Assembly (NCBI RefSeq): GCF_035084215.1
Contig: NW_027139581.1
Location: 3,100,001-3,164,000 of the forward strand
Source of the DNA: Heptranchias perlo
Taxonomy: Eukaryota
Direction: 5' to 3'
DNA length: 64,000 nucleotides
Shown here: piece after piece, positions 1 to 11,355 of the stretch
How positions within the stretch are numbered: the first letter of the stretch is position 1
How the letters are laid out: each line of letters begins with the position of its first letter
Translations under genes and position numbers: made by a program
Notes under the pieces: model-generated
The model's database searches: none
The model's input: only the letters and a program-made list of their open reading frames with translations
Told to the model about the DNA's origin: nothing

Positions 1-690
1 TCACAGTCACTGGGACCCTGAAGCCCCGCCCACTCTTTGTCCCCACTGACTGGGACCCTGAAGCCCCGCCCACTCTTTGTTCCTGGTCACAGGGACCCTG
101 AAGCCCCGCCCACTCTTTGTTCACCGTCACAGGGACCCTGAAGCCCCGCCCACTCTTTGTTCCCGGTCACTGGGACCCTGAAGCCCCGCCCACTCTTTGT
201 CCCCACTGACTGGGACCCTGAAGCCCCGCCCACTCTTTGTTCCCTGTCACAGGGACCCTGAAGCCCCGCCCACTCTTTGTTCCCTGTCACAGGGACGCTG
301 AAGCCCCGCCCACTCTTTGTTCCCTGTCACAGGGACCCTGAAGCCCCGCCCACTCTTTGTTCCCGGTCACAGTAACCCTGAAGCCCCGCCCACTCGTTGT
401 CCCCACTCACGGGGACCCTGAAGCCCCGCCCACTCTTTGTTCCCAGTCACTGGGACCCTGAAGCCCCGCCCACCCTTTGTTGCTGGTCACTGGGACCCTG
501 AAACCCCGCCCACTCTTTGTTCCTCATCACTGGGACCCTGAAGCCACGCCCACTCTTTGTTCCTCATCACTGGGACCCTGAAGCCCCGCCCACCCTTTGT
601 TGCTGGTCACTGGGACCCTGAAGCCCCGCCCACTTTGTCACTGGGACCCTGAAGCCCCGCCCACTTTGTCACCGGGACCCTGAAGCCCCG
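1..690. repeat. 40-bp GC-box minisatellite (GGGACCCTGAAGCCCCGCCCACTCTTTGTTCCCnGTCACn), about 17 units, runs off the window edge
   Basis: Direct 40-bp periodicity. Each unit has a CCCCGCCC Sp/KLF box. It is the reverse complement of the array at 22341-23003. Confidence 0.95.
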
Positions 691-699
691 CCCGCTCGT

Positions 700-1200
700 G
701 AACAAAGATGGCCGCGCACGCGCCGTGATCCCTTACTTCTCTGACCAAGATGGCGGCCAGTTCCCCGCTCACCCGGGCGGCCGCCGGTCGGGCCTGTCAC
801 CGCGGTGTAAACACGGGGCCTGTGGGCTCTTATTCGGGGCCTGAGGCCTGCACCGGGTGTTTATGAAGCTTCCCTGCCCACCCATGGGTCCAATTCCTCC
901 CCCGCGCCCACCGTCTCCGACCGGATCCCGACCCGCCTGTTCCCTCAGTCCGTCGCCACCACTCGCACCGCGCATGCTCAGAGCACAGACCAGTCCCGCG
1001 CCTGCGCACTGGGCTCCTATAGTCACTGATAGGGCACTTTCTGGGCCGCCGCGGATTCTGGGTAAACTCTCCGCCATTGAAGGTCCGAATCGGTGAACAG
1101 AAATTTCGTCATCGTATCGAGATTGGGGCCGGAGGGACAATAAACATTAAAGAAAATCAATCAATAAATTATACAGAAACCCGAGTGCCCGGGCCCTCAG
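700..1200 (-). promoter_or_regulatory. CpG-rich promoter/first-exon module of a minus-strand gene lying left of the window
   Basis: YY1-like AAGATGGC(G/C)GC at ~705 and ~747, NRF1-like GCGCATGC at ~970. The reverse complement of 700-770 aligns by eye with 7770-7897, and 965-1195 aligns with 5580-5835. Confidence 0.65.
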
Positions 1201-1485
1201 ACAGGGAGCGAAGTTCACCGGTCGCCACTTTTCCTTCACCAACTCGCACCTCAGGCCCCGCCCAGTCTGGTTCAATTGATCAATGTTTTCCAACTGTGTT
1301 TTCCAACTCGAGTTCAGGCCTGTCATTCTCAGAGAAACTGCGAGGCCTCATTTTTTCTGTGTGCTGTGAGGACCGATATCGTTCATCTTGATCTATTTCT
1401 AGTTTAATAAGTTTTGCTGAATGTGGCCCAGGCCAAGTGTCAGGATATCGGATCAGGCCCACCATCGAAAATGAGTTTGAACCCC

Positions 1486-1826
1486 CTGAGATAGACAATG
1501 TGAACCGGATTATCCTCATCCACTGACCCAGCAACTTCTTCAAAAAACACCCCTTAGACAGACAATGTGAACCGGATTATCCTCATCCACTGACCCAGCA
1601 ACTTCTTCAAAAAACACCCGAGATAGACAATGTGAACCGGATTATCCTCATCCACTGACCCAGCAACTTCTTCAAAAAACACCCCTGAGACAGACAATGT
1701 GAACCGGATTATCCTCATCCACTGACCCAGCAACTTCTTCAAAAAACACCCCTGAGATAGACAATGTGAACCTGATTATCCTCATCCACTGACCCAGCAA
1801 CTTCTTCAAAAAACACCCGAGATGGA
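1486..1826 (-). repeat. 65-67-bp minisatellite (5 units) derived from CR1 reverse-transcriptase coding sequence
   Basis: The unit translates on - as FFEEVAGSVDEDNPVHIVYL, matching FFEEVTRRIDEGSAVDVVYL in the CR1 ORF2 copy at ~50108-50166. Confidence 0.85.
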
Positions 1827-1844
1827 CACTGCATGAAAGCATGG

Positions 1845-2021
1845 GGGAATCAGAGTCAATTCTAATTTTCAAAAGGGAATTGGATAAATACTTGAAAAGG
1901 ATAAATTTGCAGGATAAAGGGCATGAGCATGGGACCAATTGGATAGCTCTTTCTTAAAGCTGTCACAGGCATGATGGGCCTTATGGCCTCCTTCTGTGCT
2001 TTATCATTCAATGATTCTATG
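1845..2021 (+). mobile_element. CR1 LINE 3' end fragment
   Basis: ...AAAAGGGAATTGGATAAATACT...GATGGGCC..ATGGCCTCCTTCTGTGC..GATTCTATG tail, similar to other CR1 3' ends in the window. Confidence 0.65.
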
Positions 2022-2603
2022 ATAAAGGGACAGACACTGCTTCATCCTTCACTATCAGGGTCCCTATTAACAGTCGCTCCCTTCTGTATTCAGTGCAGTG
2101 AATGGAAACCTGTCTATTTTAGTGAGTTCAGCCTTTCTAAAATCTCTCACAATTTTTGAAGATCCATTTGACTCACTTGTTTCATTTTGAAAGACTTCTG
2201 ATTTTTCTACTGTGTGTCGATGGTTTTGTTCAAAGGTGGAATGACATTTGTTTCAAAATATTCTGTTCTAACCCCCGGCCCAGTTTAAAACCCTCTGCAC
2301 CACTGACCAGGAAGATCACAAGTCCAATCCTTGATCTCAGCCAAGGCAGCAGTTCAGGGGCTGGAATTGGCCTCAGTACCACTGGGCTAAATAAGAGTAA
2401 CCCTGCTCTCGATGGAGATCCAGTGACCTCAACTGGGAAATTTATGGATGTCACTTGAGGGCAGGACTGGACTCGACCGTGATGCCCACCACAGTGGATA
2501 ATCCTGCTGTCACTCACTGTGTGGGCTCATGTATAAATGTTCCCTTACTGTTAGATTATTAACTAAGTCTGGCTCATTACTCATCGCTGAATCGAGTCCA
2601 CCC

Positions 2604-2750
2604 TCCTTAAAACCTACCTCTTTGACCAAGCTTTTGCTCACCTGTCCTAATATCTCCTTATGTGGTTCAGTGTCAAATTTTGTTTGTTAATCGCTCCTGT
2701 GAAGGGCCTTGGGACGTTTTACTACGTTAACGGCACTGGATAAATGTATC
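2604..2750 (+). mobile_element. L2-type LINE 3' tail fragment
   Basis: CCTTAAAACCTACCTCTTTGACCAAGCTTTT...GTGAAGGGCCTTGGGACGTTTTACTACGTTAA, homologous to 5230-5360 and 47070-47195. Confidence 0.65.
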
Positions 2751-2835
2751 AATAAAACAGGGAACTCTTGGAAACACACTGCAGGTCCTTCTTTAACTGG
2801 ACAGCAAATCACTGCTATAGTGTTGAACCAGCAGT

Positions 2836-2930
2836 TAACATAAGAACATAAGAAATAGGAGCAGGAGTAGTCCATACGGCCCCTCGAGCCTGCTCCACCA
2901 TTCAATAAGATCATGGCTGATCTTCTGCCT
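2836..2930 (-). mobile_element. CR1 3' tail inserted in the ZNF-1 3' region
   Basis: AACATAAGAACATAAGAAATAGGAGCAGGAGTAG..GGCCCCTCGAGCCTGCTCC is the reverse complement of the CR1 tail at ~31760-31830. Confidence 0.75.
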
Positions 2931-2934
2931 CATT

Positions 2935-3076
2935 TAACATGTATCCAGGATATTAAACTCCAGCCCAGTTATCGGGGTTATTAACATCAGAAACAAACCC
3001 CAACTGTCAGAATGAACATGGTTCAGTCCTGGATGTGATTAACAGCAGCAATAACAGCAGAATCCAACCCCGGAAG
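2935..3076 (-). other. Conserved ZNF 3'UTR block (copy 1; others at 14630-14770 and 23595-23696)
   Basis: GGTTGGATTCTGCT...GTTAATCACATCCAGGACTGAACCATGTTCATT.TG.CAGTTGGGG.TTGTTTCTG follows all three finger arrays. Confidence 0.8.
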
Positions 3077-3835
3077 TCACAGGTGAACTCGCTGGTGTCT
3101 CCGCAGGTTGGATGAATGAGTGAATCCCTTCCCACACACGGAGCAGGTGAACGGCCTCTCCCCAGTGTGAACTCGCTGGTGTGTCAGAAGGTGGGATGAA
3201 CGAGTGAATCCCTTCCCACATACGGAGCAGGGGAACGGCCTCTCAGTGTGTGTGCGTCGATGATGTGTCAGCAGTTCCCATTTGCTCTTAAAGCTCTTCC
3301 CACAGTCAGAACATTTAAAAGGTCTCTTATCAGTGTGAACAAGTTGGTGTGTCAGTAGGTGCTGTGACTGAATGAATCCCTTTCCACACATGGAGCAGGT
3401 GAACGGTCTCTCCCCAGTGTGAGCACGCTGGTGGGCAATGAGAGTGGATGACTGCCTGAACCTCTTCCCGCAGTGAGAGCAACTGAACGGTCTCTCGTCA
3501 GTGTGAATTCGCTGGTGTCTAATCAGTCCCTCCGAGCTTTTAAACCTGTTCCCACAGTCAGAGCATTTAAAAGGTCTCTCCGCAGTGTGAATAAGCTGGT
3601 GTGTTCGGAGGGCGGATGACTGAGTGAATCCCTTCCCACACAGAGAGCAAGTGAACGGCCTCTCCCCAGTGTGACTGTGGTGATGAGTTTCCAGCTGGGA
3701 CGGGTAATTGAATCCCTTCCCACACACGGAGCAGGTGAACGGCCTCTCCCCAGTGTGACTGCGTCGATGAGTTTCCAGCTGGGATGGGTAATTGAATCCC
3801 TTCCCACAGTCCCCACATTTCCACGGTTTCTCCGT
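3077..3835 (-). CDS. C2H2 zinc-finger protein ZNF-1: 9 tandem fingers, no KRAB/SCAN/BTB seen. Start uncertain (ACG at 3835); may be a pseudogene
   Basis: Open frame [33 protein letters not shown]... to the stop at 3077, with CxxC-x12-HxxxH repeats and TGERP linkers. An in-frame TGA lies at 3874-3872 upstream. The first in-frame ATG is only in finger 6. Confidence 0.8.
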   Translation of the reverse strand, partial: TEKPWKCGDCGKGFNYPSQLETHRRSHTGERPFTCSVCGKGFNYPSQLETHHHSHTGERPFTCSLCGKGFTQSSALRTHQLIHTAERPFKCSDCGNRFKSSEGLIRHQRIHTDERPFSCSHCGKRFRQSSTLIAHQRAHTGERPFTCSMCGKGFIQSQHLLTHQLVHTDKRPFKCSDCGKSFKSKWELLTHHRRTHTERPFPCSVCGKGFTRSSHLLTHQRVHTGERPFTCSVCGKGFTHSSNLRRHQRVHL

Positions 3836-4197
3836 GGTCCGGGTGTCCTTGTGTCTCTCCAGGTTGGACGATCAGTTGAAGCCTCGTCCACACAGAACAC
3901 GTGGACGGTTTCTCCCCGCTGTGAACGGTGTGATGTTTTTTCAGACTGTGTAACTGGTGAAAGCTCTTTCCACACTCAGTGCACTGGAACACTCTCACTC
4001 GGGTCTGAGAGTCTCGGTGATTTTCCACTCACACTGATGTTTGAAATTTTTTCCGACAAACACAACAGACAAACATTTCTCCTTCCACATTCAAAGGCCG
4101 ATGATATTCAGGTCCTGATGAATCGAGTGACTCTGTCAGATCTTGACGTGATGTTTGGTTTGAGTTTCCCGTCTGTGAATCCTCCCCTTCTAATCCC
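3836..4197 (-). pseudogene. Decayed N-terminal fingers / 5' part of the ZNF-1 main exon
   Basis: Acceptor CTCCTTTTACAG ends at 4198. Then GLEGEDSQ...MFVCCVCRKKFQTSV*, ...[21 protein letters not shown], a 2-nt frameshift relative to ZNF-2, and GFN*SSNLERH. Confidence 0.75.
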
Positions 4198-4479
4198 CTG
4201 TAAAAGGAGTTTACAAAAGTCATCACTGTAAATACAGGATAGAAATTCAGAACAGACAATTCTAGTTTTTCTGGATCATTTTTTCATCTTTTGAGCCTCA
4301 AAAGCTGTAAATCCCCGTCCCACACACTCTCCCTCCTCCCTGTGCTGAAATCTGAACCCATTGCACCATCTCCTACATTTTTTCCTCTGCTCTGCTGGGT
4401 TCAGTTCCACACTCACTGGTTCCCCTCTCTCTCCTCCCCTGAAGGTGCTGACTGTCCTTCCCATATCCTAACTCGCACC

Positions 4480-5366
4480 AAGTCCCATTCACCCATCACC
4501 CTTGTGCTCACTGACCTACAGTGACTCCAGGTCCAGCAACGCCTCATATTTAAATTCCTCATCCTTGTGTCCAAATCCATCCATGGCCCTCGCCCCTCCC
4601 AATCTCTGTAACCTCCTCCATGGCCCTCGCCCCTCCCCTATCTCTGTAACCTTCTCCAGCCCTCCGACCCTCCCCTATCTCTGTCACCACCTCCATGGCC
4701 CTCGCCCCTCCCCGATCTCTGTAACCTTCTCCAGCCCTCCGCCCCTCCCCTATCTCTGTAACCTCCTCCAGCCCTCCCCTATCTCTGTAACCTCCTCCAT
4801 GTCCCTCCGACCCTCCCCTATCTCTGTAACCTCCTCCGACCCTCCCCTATCTCTGTAACCTCCTCCATGTCCCTCCGACCCTCCCCTATCTCTGTAACCT
4901 CCTCCGACCCTCCCCTATCTCTGTAACCTCCTCCATGTCCCTCCGACCCTCCCCTATCTCTGTAACCTCCTCCGACCCTCCCCTGTCTCTGTAACCTCCT
5001 CCCGCCCTCCGACCCTCCCCTATCTCTGCAACCTCCTCCAGCCCTCGTCCCTCCCCTATCTCTGTAACCGCCTCCAGCCCTCCGACCCTCCCAGATCTCC
5101 GCTATCCTCCAATTCCGGCCTCTTGCTCCTGCCCCATTCCCTTCGCCCCACCATTGGGGGCCGTGCCTTCAGCTGTCTGAGCCCCAAGCTCTGGAATTCC
5201 CTCCCTGAACCTCTCCCCCTCTCTCTCCTCCTTCAATCCTCCCTCTTTGACCCAGCTTTCGGTGCCCTGTCCTAATCTCTCCTCATTCCTCTCTTCCCGC
5301 TCCTGTGAACCCTCTTGACCCATTTTGCTCCGTTAAAGGCGCGATAGAAATGCAAGTTGTTGTTGA
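4480..5366 (+). mobile_element. L2-type LINE 3' end carrying an internal minisatellite expansion
   Basis: HSPITLVLTDL...HG-LAPPNLCNLL C-terminal L2 ORF2 motif and tail TTAAAGGCGCGATAGAAATGCAAGTTGTTGTTG. An unexpanded copy lies at 46780-47196. Confidence 0.75.
4580..5100 (+). repeat. ~29-37-bp C-rich minisatellite (CCCTCCCCTATCTCTGTAACCTCCTCC...)
   Basis: Direct periodicity. The unit corresponds to CCCTATCTCTGTAATCTCCTTCAGCCC at ~46894-46920. Confidence 0.9.
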
Positions 5367-5419
5367 CTCTGCGGGTTCAGTTCGAGCGGAGATTGGGTCG
5401 GGCCCGATCCCGGGAAGCG

Positions 5420-6280
5420 GCGGGTAGTGGAGGGGGGATAATGCCGCCTGTTTTCTCTCGGGTCCTGGGCCCTACACTCGGTGTTTCTGGGCCCTGTGAT
5501 CCCCGCCCTTTATTAACCCGCTCTCTCCACACCTCCTCTGACCTGCTCGAACCGCGCTCTCTGCCTCAGACCCTTCGGGCCGCGCATGCTCAGCTCACAC
5601 TGACCAACAATCAGCCTCTCCTGTGCCGGCGCACTGCGCTCCTCTCAGATCGATAGGGGACATTCCGGCGCGCGGTGCAGTCTGGGGACGGACCGCCGCC
5701 ATTGGAGCTCCGACCCGACCCTCAGTTTCTCTGATGGGACTGAGATTGGGGGCGGGGAAAAGCGCTTTTGGAGCAGCGGAGGGCGGAGCGGAAATAAAAT
5801 AAAATAAAAATACACCTAAACCCGAGAGCCCGGGGCACGCTGGGTAATGGAGACCGCCATTAAACCGTCAGAAACACTCACAGCGCAGGCGCGCACCGCC
5901 TGGCCTCGAGAAAACTTTGGGAAATGTATTTTTCCCCAAAACTGTTACTAATTTAGTCACATTACACATTGGAACTGACGGGCTGGATTGATGTTTATTT
6001 TCCAATTGCAGCTCAGGACCTTCAATCCCAGCGTCAACCCTGAGCAAATGCGCTGCCGACCAATAGGAAGAGTGGAGAGAGACTGGAGGACCGAGCGGGC
6101 GGTTGGTCCTCCAACCAATCGGAGTGTGTGAGGGGCGGGACTTGCGGCGGAGGGTCTGAGCCCGGATCTCACTCCTTCTCTGGAACTCTGCCTCATTTTT
6201 GAAACTTGATTTATCTGAAGATAAAAGTCCAGAAGCAAACTGGACCTTTCAGTTGTGGCTTTAAACAGATGAAACCCTGT
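5420..6280 (-). promoter_or_regulatory. CpG-island promoter upstream of ZNF-1 (module B)
   Basis: GC boxes, NRF1-like GCGCATGC (~5582) and GCGCAGGCGC (~5883), CCAAT at ~6060 and ~6115, ZNF143/SBS-like TGGGAAATGTA (~5918). A paralogous copy lies at 25860-26240 upstream of ZNF-3. Confidence 0.7.
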
Positions 6281-6319
6281 GGTGTCGAGCAAACTGTTCA
6301 ACATTTGTTAGTAAAATGA

Positions 6320-7230
6320 CTGTGATGAAGTAATGGAGAGCCATGTATCCAAGTTTGCTGATGAGATTGAGTAAAGAGGCACAGTAAATAGTGGAGATGG
6401 GAGCAGAAAGTTGCAAGGGGGCAATAATAGATTCAGTGAGTGGGCAAAACGGTGGCAGGTGGAGTTGAATGTGGGGAAATGTGAATTCACCCACTTTGAA
6501 CCAAAGACAGAGATCAGAGTATTTACCAAACGGCAAGCAGCGAGAAACTGTGGAGGAGCAGAGAGATTTCGGGGTCCAAGTACAGAAATCACTAAAAGCT
6601 AGTGGACAGTTACAAAAAATAATTTTAACGGCGAAAGGAATGTTGGCCTTCATCTCAAGGGGGCTGGAATATAAAGGGGTGGAAGTGATGTTACAGTTGT
6701 ACAGAGCTCTGGTTAAACCCCATCTGGAGACTGCCTTCAGTTCTGGGCACTGCACCTCAGGGAGGATATACTGGCCTTGGAAGGGGTGCAGCACAGATTC
6801 ACCAGAGTGATACTGACAGATTGCATAGACTGGGCTTGTTTTGAGTGGAGCTTGGAAGATTAAGGGGTGATCTGATCGAGGTGATTGAAGGATTTGATAG
6901 GGCAGATAGAGAGAAACTACTTCCTCTGGTGGGGGAGTCCAGAACAAGGGGGCATAACCTTAAAATTAGAGCGAGGCCATTCAGGGGCGATGTCAGGAAT
7001 CACTTCTTCGCACAAAGGGCAGTGGAAATCTGGAACTCTCTCCCTGAGAGCAGTCGAGGCTGGGGGTCAAGTGAAAATTTCAGATCTGAGATTGATAGAT
7101 TTTTGATAGGCGAGGGTATTAAAGGTTATGGTACCAAGGCGGGTGGATGGAGTTAAGATACAGATCAGATATGATACAATTAAATGGCGGAACAGGTTGG
7201 AGGGGCTGAATGGCCTCCTCCTGTTCATAA
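6320..7230 (+). mobile_element. CR1 LINE 3' fragment (degenerate RT C-terminus + 3' UTR)
   Basis: Frameshifted SEWAKRWQVELNVGKC, RGLEYKGVEVMLQLYRALVKPHLE, RLRGDLIEV, TRGHNLK. Tail GAGGGGCTGAATGGCCTCCTCCTGTTC. Confidence 0.85.
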
Positions 7231-7320
7231 TGATTAAATGTTCCTAATCTCTGCACTAATTACAGAACGGACCGATTGTTAATAGGAGCTCCGTTAATGA
7301 AATCCCCTGACATTCAAAGA

Positions 7321-7900
7321 TAAACGGGACTGTCCCTTTAACTATAAACAAAGGGGAGTGCCTGTCCCTTTAAATATCTGCCCCATTCCCACAGGCAGTG
7401 GGAGGAGGAACAGCGCGCGGTCTCATTCCGCCCAAAACCAGCGGGGCCTCGCGCGAGGGAGCAGCTCCATGAGGGGGCGGGGCCAGTGGGTGAGGGCGGG
7501 GCCTCGGCTCTGACGTCTCCAGGAGCCCAGCGCGCAGGCGCGGGAATGGGTCCGCGCGGTCGCCAGACGGAGTCGGAGGGTCGGGAGCAGGTAGGCGGGG
7601 GGTCGGGGACAGGACACTGAGAAACCGGGCGGAGGCCGCGTCCCACGGCTTATAAACATGGAGCGGGGCCGCAGGACCCGAGTCAGATCCTCTGGTCCCG
7701 AGTGTGAGCAGCCGGACGGCAACTGCGGGACTTCTCCCCGGAGATAGGCCCGGGTTACCGGGGGAACCGGCCGCCATCTTAGTACAGGAGGAGGGAGCGT
7801 CACTGCGCATGCGTGGCCATCTTTGTACAGGATGAGGGAGCGTCACGGCGCATGCGCGGCCACCTTGGTACAGGTACAGAGTGGGCGGGGCTTCAGGATA
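7321..7900 (+). promoter_or_regulatory. CpG promoter / probable non-coding first exon of ZNF-2 (module A), candidate donor GAGCAG|GTAGGC at 7591
   Basis: GC boxes, CRE-like TGACGTC (~7511), NRF1 TGCGCATGCG (~7804, ~7848), YY1 GCCGCCATCTT (~7770). Homologous to 21440-22340 and to the reverse complement of 700-900. Confidence 0.65.
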
Positions 7901-7914
7901 TTTCACTCAGAATC

Positions 7915-10900
7915 TCAACCCGTGCTGTACCTGCCCTGGGAGTGTTTGATGGGACAGTGCAGAGGGAGCTTTACTCTGTATCTAACCCGTGCTGTACCTG
8001 CCCCGGGAGTGTTTGATGGGACAGTGTAGAGGGAGCTTTACTCTGTATCTAACCCATGCTGTACCTGCCCCGGGAGTGTTTGATGGGACAGTGCAGAGGG
8101 AGCTTTACTCTGTATCTAACCCTGTACCTGCCCTGGGAGTGTTTGATGGGACAGTGCAGAGGGAGCTTTACTCTGTATCTAACCCTGTACCTGCCCTGGG
8201 AGTGTTTGATGGGACAGTGTAGAGGGAGCTTTACTCTGTATCTAACCCGTGCTGTACCTGCCCTGGGAGTGTTTGATGGGACAGTGTAGAGAGAGCTTTA
8301 CTCTGTATCTAACCCGTGCTGTACCTGCCCTGGGAGTGTTTGATGGGACAGTGTAGAGGGAGCTTTACTCTGTATCTAACCCGTGCTGTACCTGCCCCGG
8401 GAGTGTTTGATGGGACAGTGTAGAGGGAGCTTTACTCTGTATCTAACCCGTGCTGTCCCTGCCCTGGGAGTGTTTGATGGGACAGTGTAGAGGGAGCTTT
8501 ACTCTGTATCTAACCCGTGCTGTCCCTGCCCCGGGAGTGTTTGATGGGACAGTGCAGAGGGAGCTTTACTCTGTATCTAACCCGTGCTGTACCTGCCCCG
8601 GGAGTGTTTGATGGGACAGTGCAGAGGGAGCTTTACTCTGTATCTAACCCGTGCTGTACCTGCCCCGGGAGTGTTTGATGGGACAGTGCAGAGGGAGCTT
8701 TACTCTGTATCTAACCCGTGCTGTACCTGCCCCGGGAGTGTTTGATGGGACAGTGCAGAGGGAGCTTTACTCTGTATCTAACCCGTGCAGTCCCTGCCCT
8801 GGGAGTGTTTGATGGGACAGTGTAGAGGGAGCTTTACTCTGTATCTAACCCGTGCTGTCCCTGCCCTGGGAGTGTTTGATGGGACAGTGCAGAGGGAGCT
8901 TTACTCTGTATCTAACCCGTGCTGTACCTGCCCCGGGAGTGTTTGATGGGACAGTGTAGAGGGAGCTTTACTCTGTATCTAACCCGTGCTGTACTTGCCC
9001 TGGGAGTGTTTGATGGGACAGTGTAGAGGGAGCTTTACTCTGTATCTAACCCGTGCTGTCCCTGCCCTGGGAGTGTTTGATGGGACAGTGCAGAGGGAGC
9101 TTTACTCTGTATCTAACCCGTGCTGTACCTGCCCCGGGAGTGTTTGATGGGACAGTGTAGAGGGAGCTTTACTCTGTATCTAACCCGTGCTGTACCTGCC
9201 CTGGGAGTGTTTGATGGGACAGTGTAGAGGGAGCTTTACTCTGTATCAAACCCGTGCTGTACCTGCCCCGGGAGTGTTTGATGGGACAGTGTCGAGGGAG
9301 CTTTACTCTGTATCTAACCCGTGCTGTACCTGCCCCGGGAGTGTTTGATGGGACAGTGTAGAGGGAGCTTTACTCTATCTCACCCGTGCAGTCCCTGCCC
9401 TGGGAGTGTTTGATGGGACAGTGTCGAGGGAGCTTTACTCTGTATCTAACCCGTGCTGTACCTGCCCCGGGAGTGTTTGATGGGACAGTGTCGAGGGAGC
9501 TTTACTCTGTATCTAACCCGTGCTGTACCTGCCCTGGGAGTGTTTGATGGGACAGTGTAGAGGGAGCTTTACTCTGTATCGAACCCGTGCTGTACCTGCC
9601 CTGGGAGTGTTTGATGGGACAGTGTGGAGTGAGCTTTACCCTGTATCTAACCCGTGCTGTACCTGTTCTGGGATTTTGAGACGGGACAGTGTGGAGGGAG
9701 CTTTATTCGGTATCTAACCCGTGCTGTACCTGCCCTGGGAGTGTTTGGTGGGACAATGTAGAGGGAGCTTTACTCGGTATCTATTCCGTGCTGTCGCAGC
9801 ACTGGGAGTGTTTGATGGGAAAGTGCAGAGGGAACTTTATTCTGCATCTAACCCGTGCTGTACCTGCGTTGGGAGTGTTTGATGGGACAGTGCAGAGGGA
9901 GCTTTACTCGGGATCTAACCCGTGCTGCACCTGCCCTGGGAGTGTTTTGGACAATGTGGAGGGTGCTTTGCTCTGCATCTACCCCGTGCTGCACCTGTCC
10001 TGGCAGTGTGAGACGGCACATTGTCGAGGGAGCTTTCCTCTGTATCTAACCCGTGCTGTACATGCCCCGGGACTGTTTGATGGGACAGTGTGGAGTGAGC
10101 TTTACTCTGTATCTCACCCGTGCAGTCCCTGCCCTGGGAGTGTTTGATGGGACAGTGTGGAGGGAGCTTTACTCTGTATCTAACCCGTGCTGTCCCTGCC
10201 CTGGGAGTGTTTGATGGGACAGTGTCGAGGGAGCTTTATTCGGTATGTAACCCGTGCTGTCCCTGCCCTGGGAGTGTTTGGTGGGACAGTGCAGAGGGAG
10301 CTTTACTCTGTATCTAACCCGTGCTGTACCTGCCCTGGGAGTGTTTGGTGGGACAGTGCAGAGGGTGCTTTACTCGGTATCTATTCCGTGCTGTCGCAGC
10401 CCTGGGAGTGTTTGATGGAACAGTGGAGAGGGAACTTTACACTCTATCTCACCTTATTGTACCTGCCCTGGGAGTGTTTGATGGGACAGTGCAGAGGGAA
10501 CTTTACACTCCATCTCACCCGTGCTGTATCTGCCCCGGGAGTGTTTGATGGGACAGTGTCGAGGGAGCTTTACCCTGTATCTAAACTGTGCTGTTCCTGC
10601 CCCGGGAGTGTTTAGGACACTGCAGAGGGACCTTGACTCTGCAACTAACCCGTGCTGTACCTTCCCGGGACTGTTTGATGGGACAGTGTGGAGTGAGCTT
10701 TGCTCTGTATCTCACCCGTGCTGTAACTGCCCCGGGAGTGTTTGATGGGACAGTGCAGAGGGAGCTTTACTCTGCACATAACCCGTGCAGTCCCTGCCCT
10801 GGGAGTGTTTGATGGGATAGTGTGGAGGGAGCTTTACTCTGTATCTAACCCGTGCTGCACCTGCCCTGGGAGTGTTTGATGGGACAGTGTAGAGGGAGCT

Positions 10901-11355
10901 TTACTCTGCACATAACCCGTGCAGTCCCTGCCCTGGGAGTGTTTGATGGGATAGTGTGGAGGGAGCTTTCCTCTCTATCTAACCCGTGCTGTACCTGCCC
11001 TGGGAGTGTTTGATGGGACAGTGTGGAGGGAGCTTTACTCGGTATCTGACCAATGCTTTAACTGCCGCGGGAGTGTTTGATGGGACATTGTAGAGGGAGC
11101 TTTACCCTTTATCTAACCCATGCTGTACCTGCCCCGGGAATGTTTGATGGGACAGTGTAGAGGGAGCTTTACCCTGTATCTAACCTGTGCTGTGTCTGCC
11201 CTGGGAGTGTTTGATGGGACAGTGTCAAGGGAGCTTTACTTGGATCTAACCTGTGCTGTCCCTGCCCTGGGAGTGTTTGGGACAGTGCAGATGGAGTTTT
11301 ACTCTGTATCTAATCCGTGCAGTACCTGCCCTGGGAGTGTTTGGGACAGTGTGCA
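7915..11355. repeat. 67-bp satellite, about 51 units (AACCCGTGCTGTACCTGCCCTGGGAGTGTTTGATGGGACAGTG(T/C)AGAGGGAGCTTTACTCTGTATCT)
   Basis: Direct periodicity. Near-homogeneous to ~9600 and more diverged afterwards. Confidence 0.97.

Noticed and set aside
1-690. CRISPR-like look of a constant repeat with short variable positions (also 22341-23003)
   Set aside because: The variable part is only a few bases, with no unique spacers and no cas genes. The context is eukaryotic, so this is a minisatellite.
3039-4231. Alternative-frame and antisense ORFs over the ZNF exons (WEGIHS.., VGRDS..), also at 13157-14349 and 23659-24436
   Set aside because: Shadow frames of repetitive finger codons.
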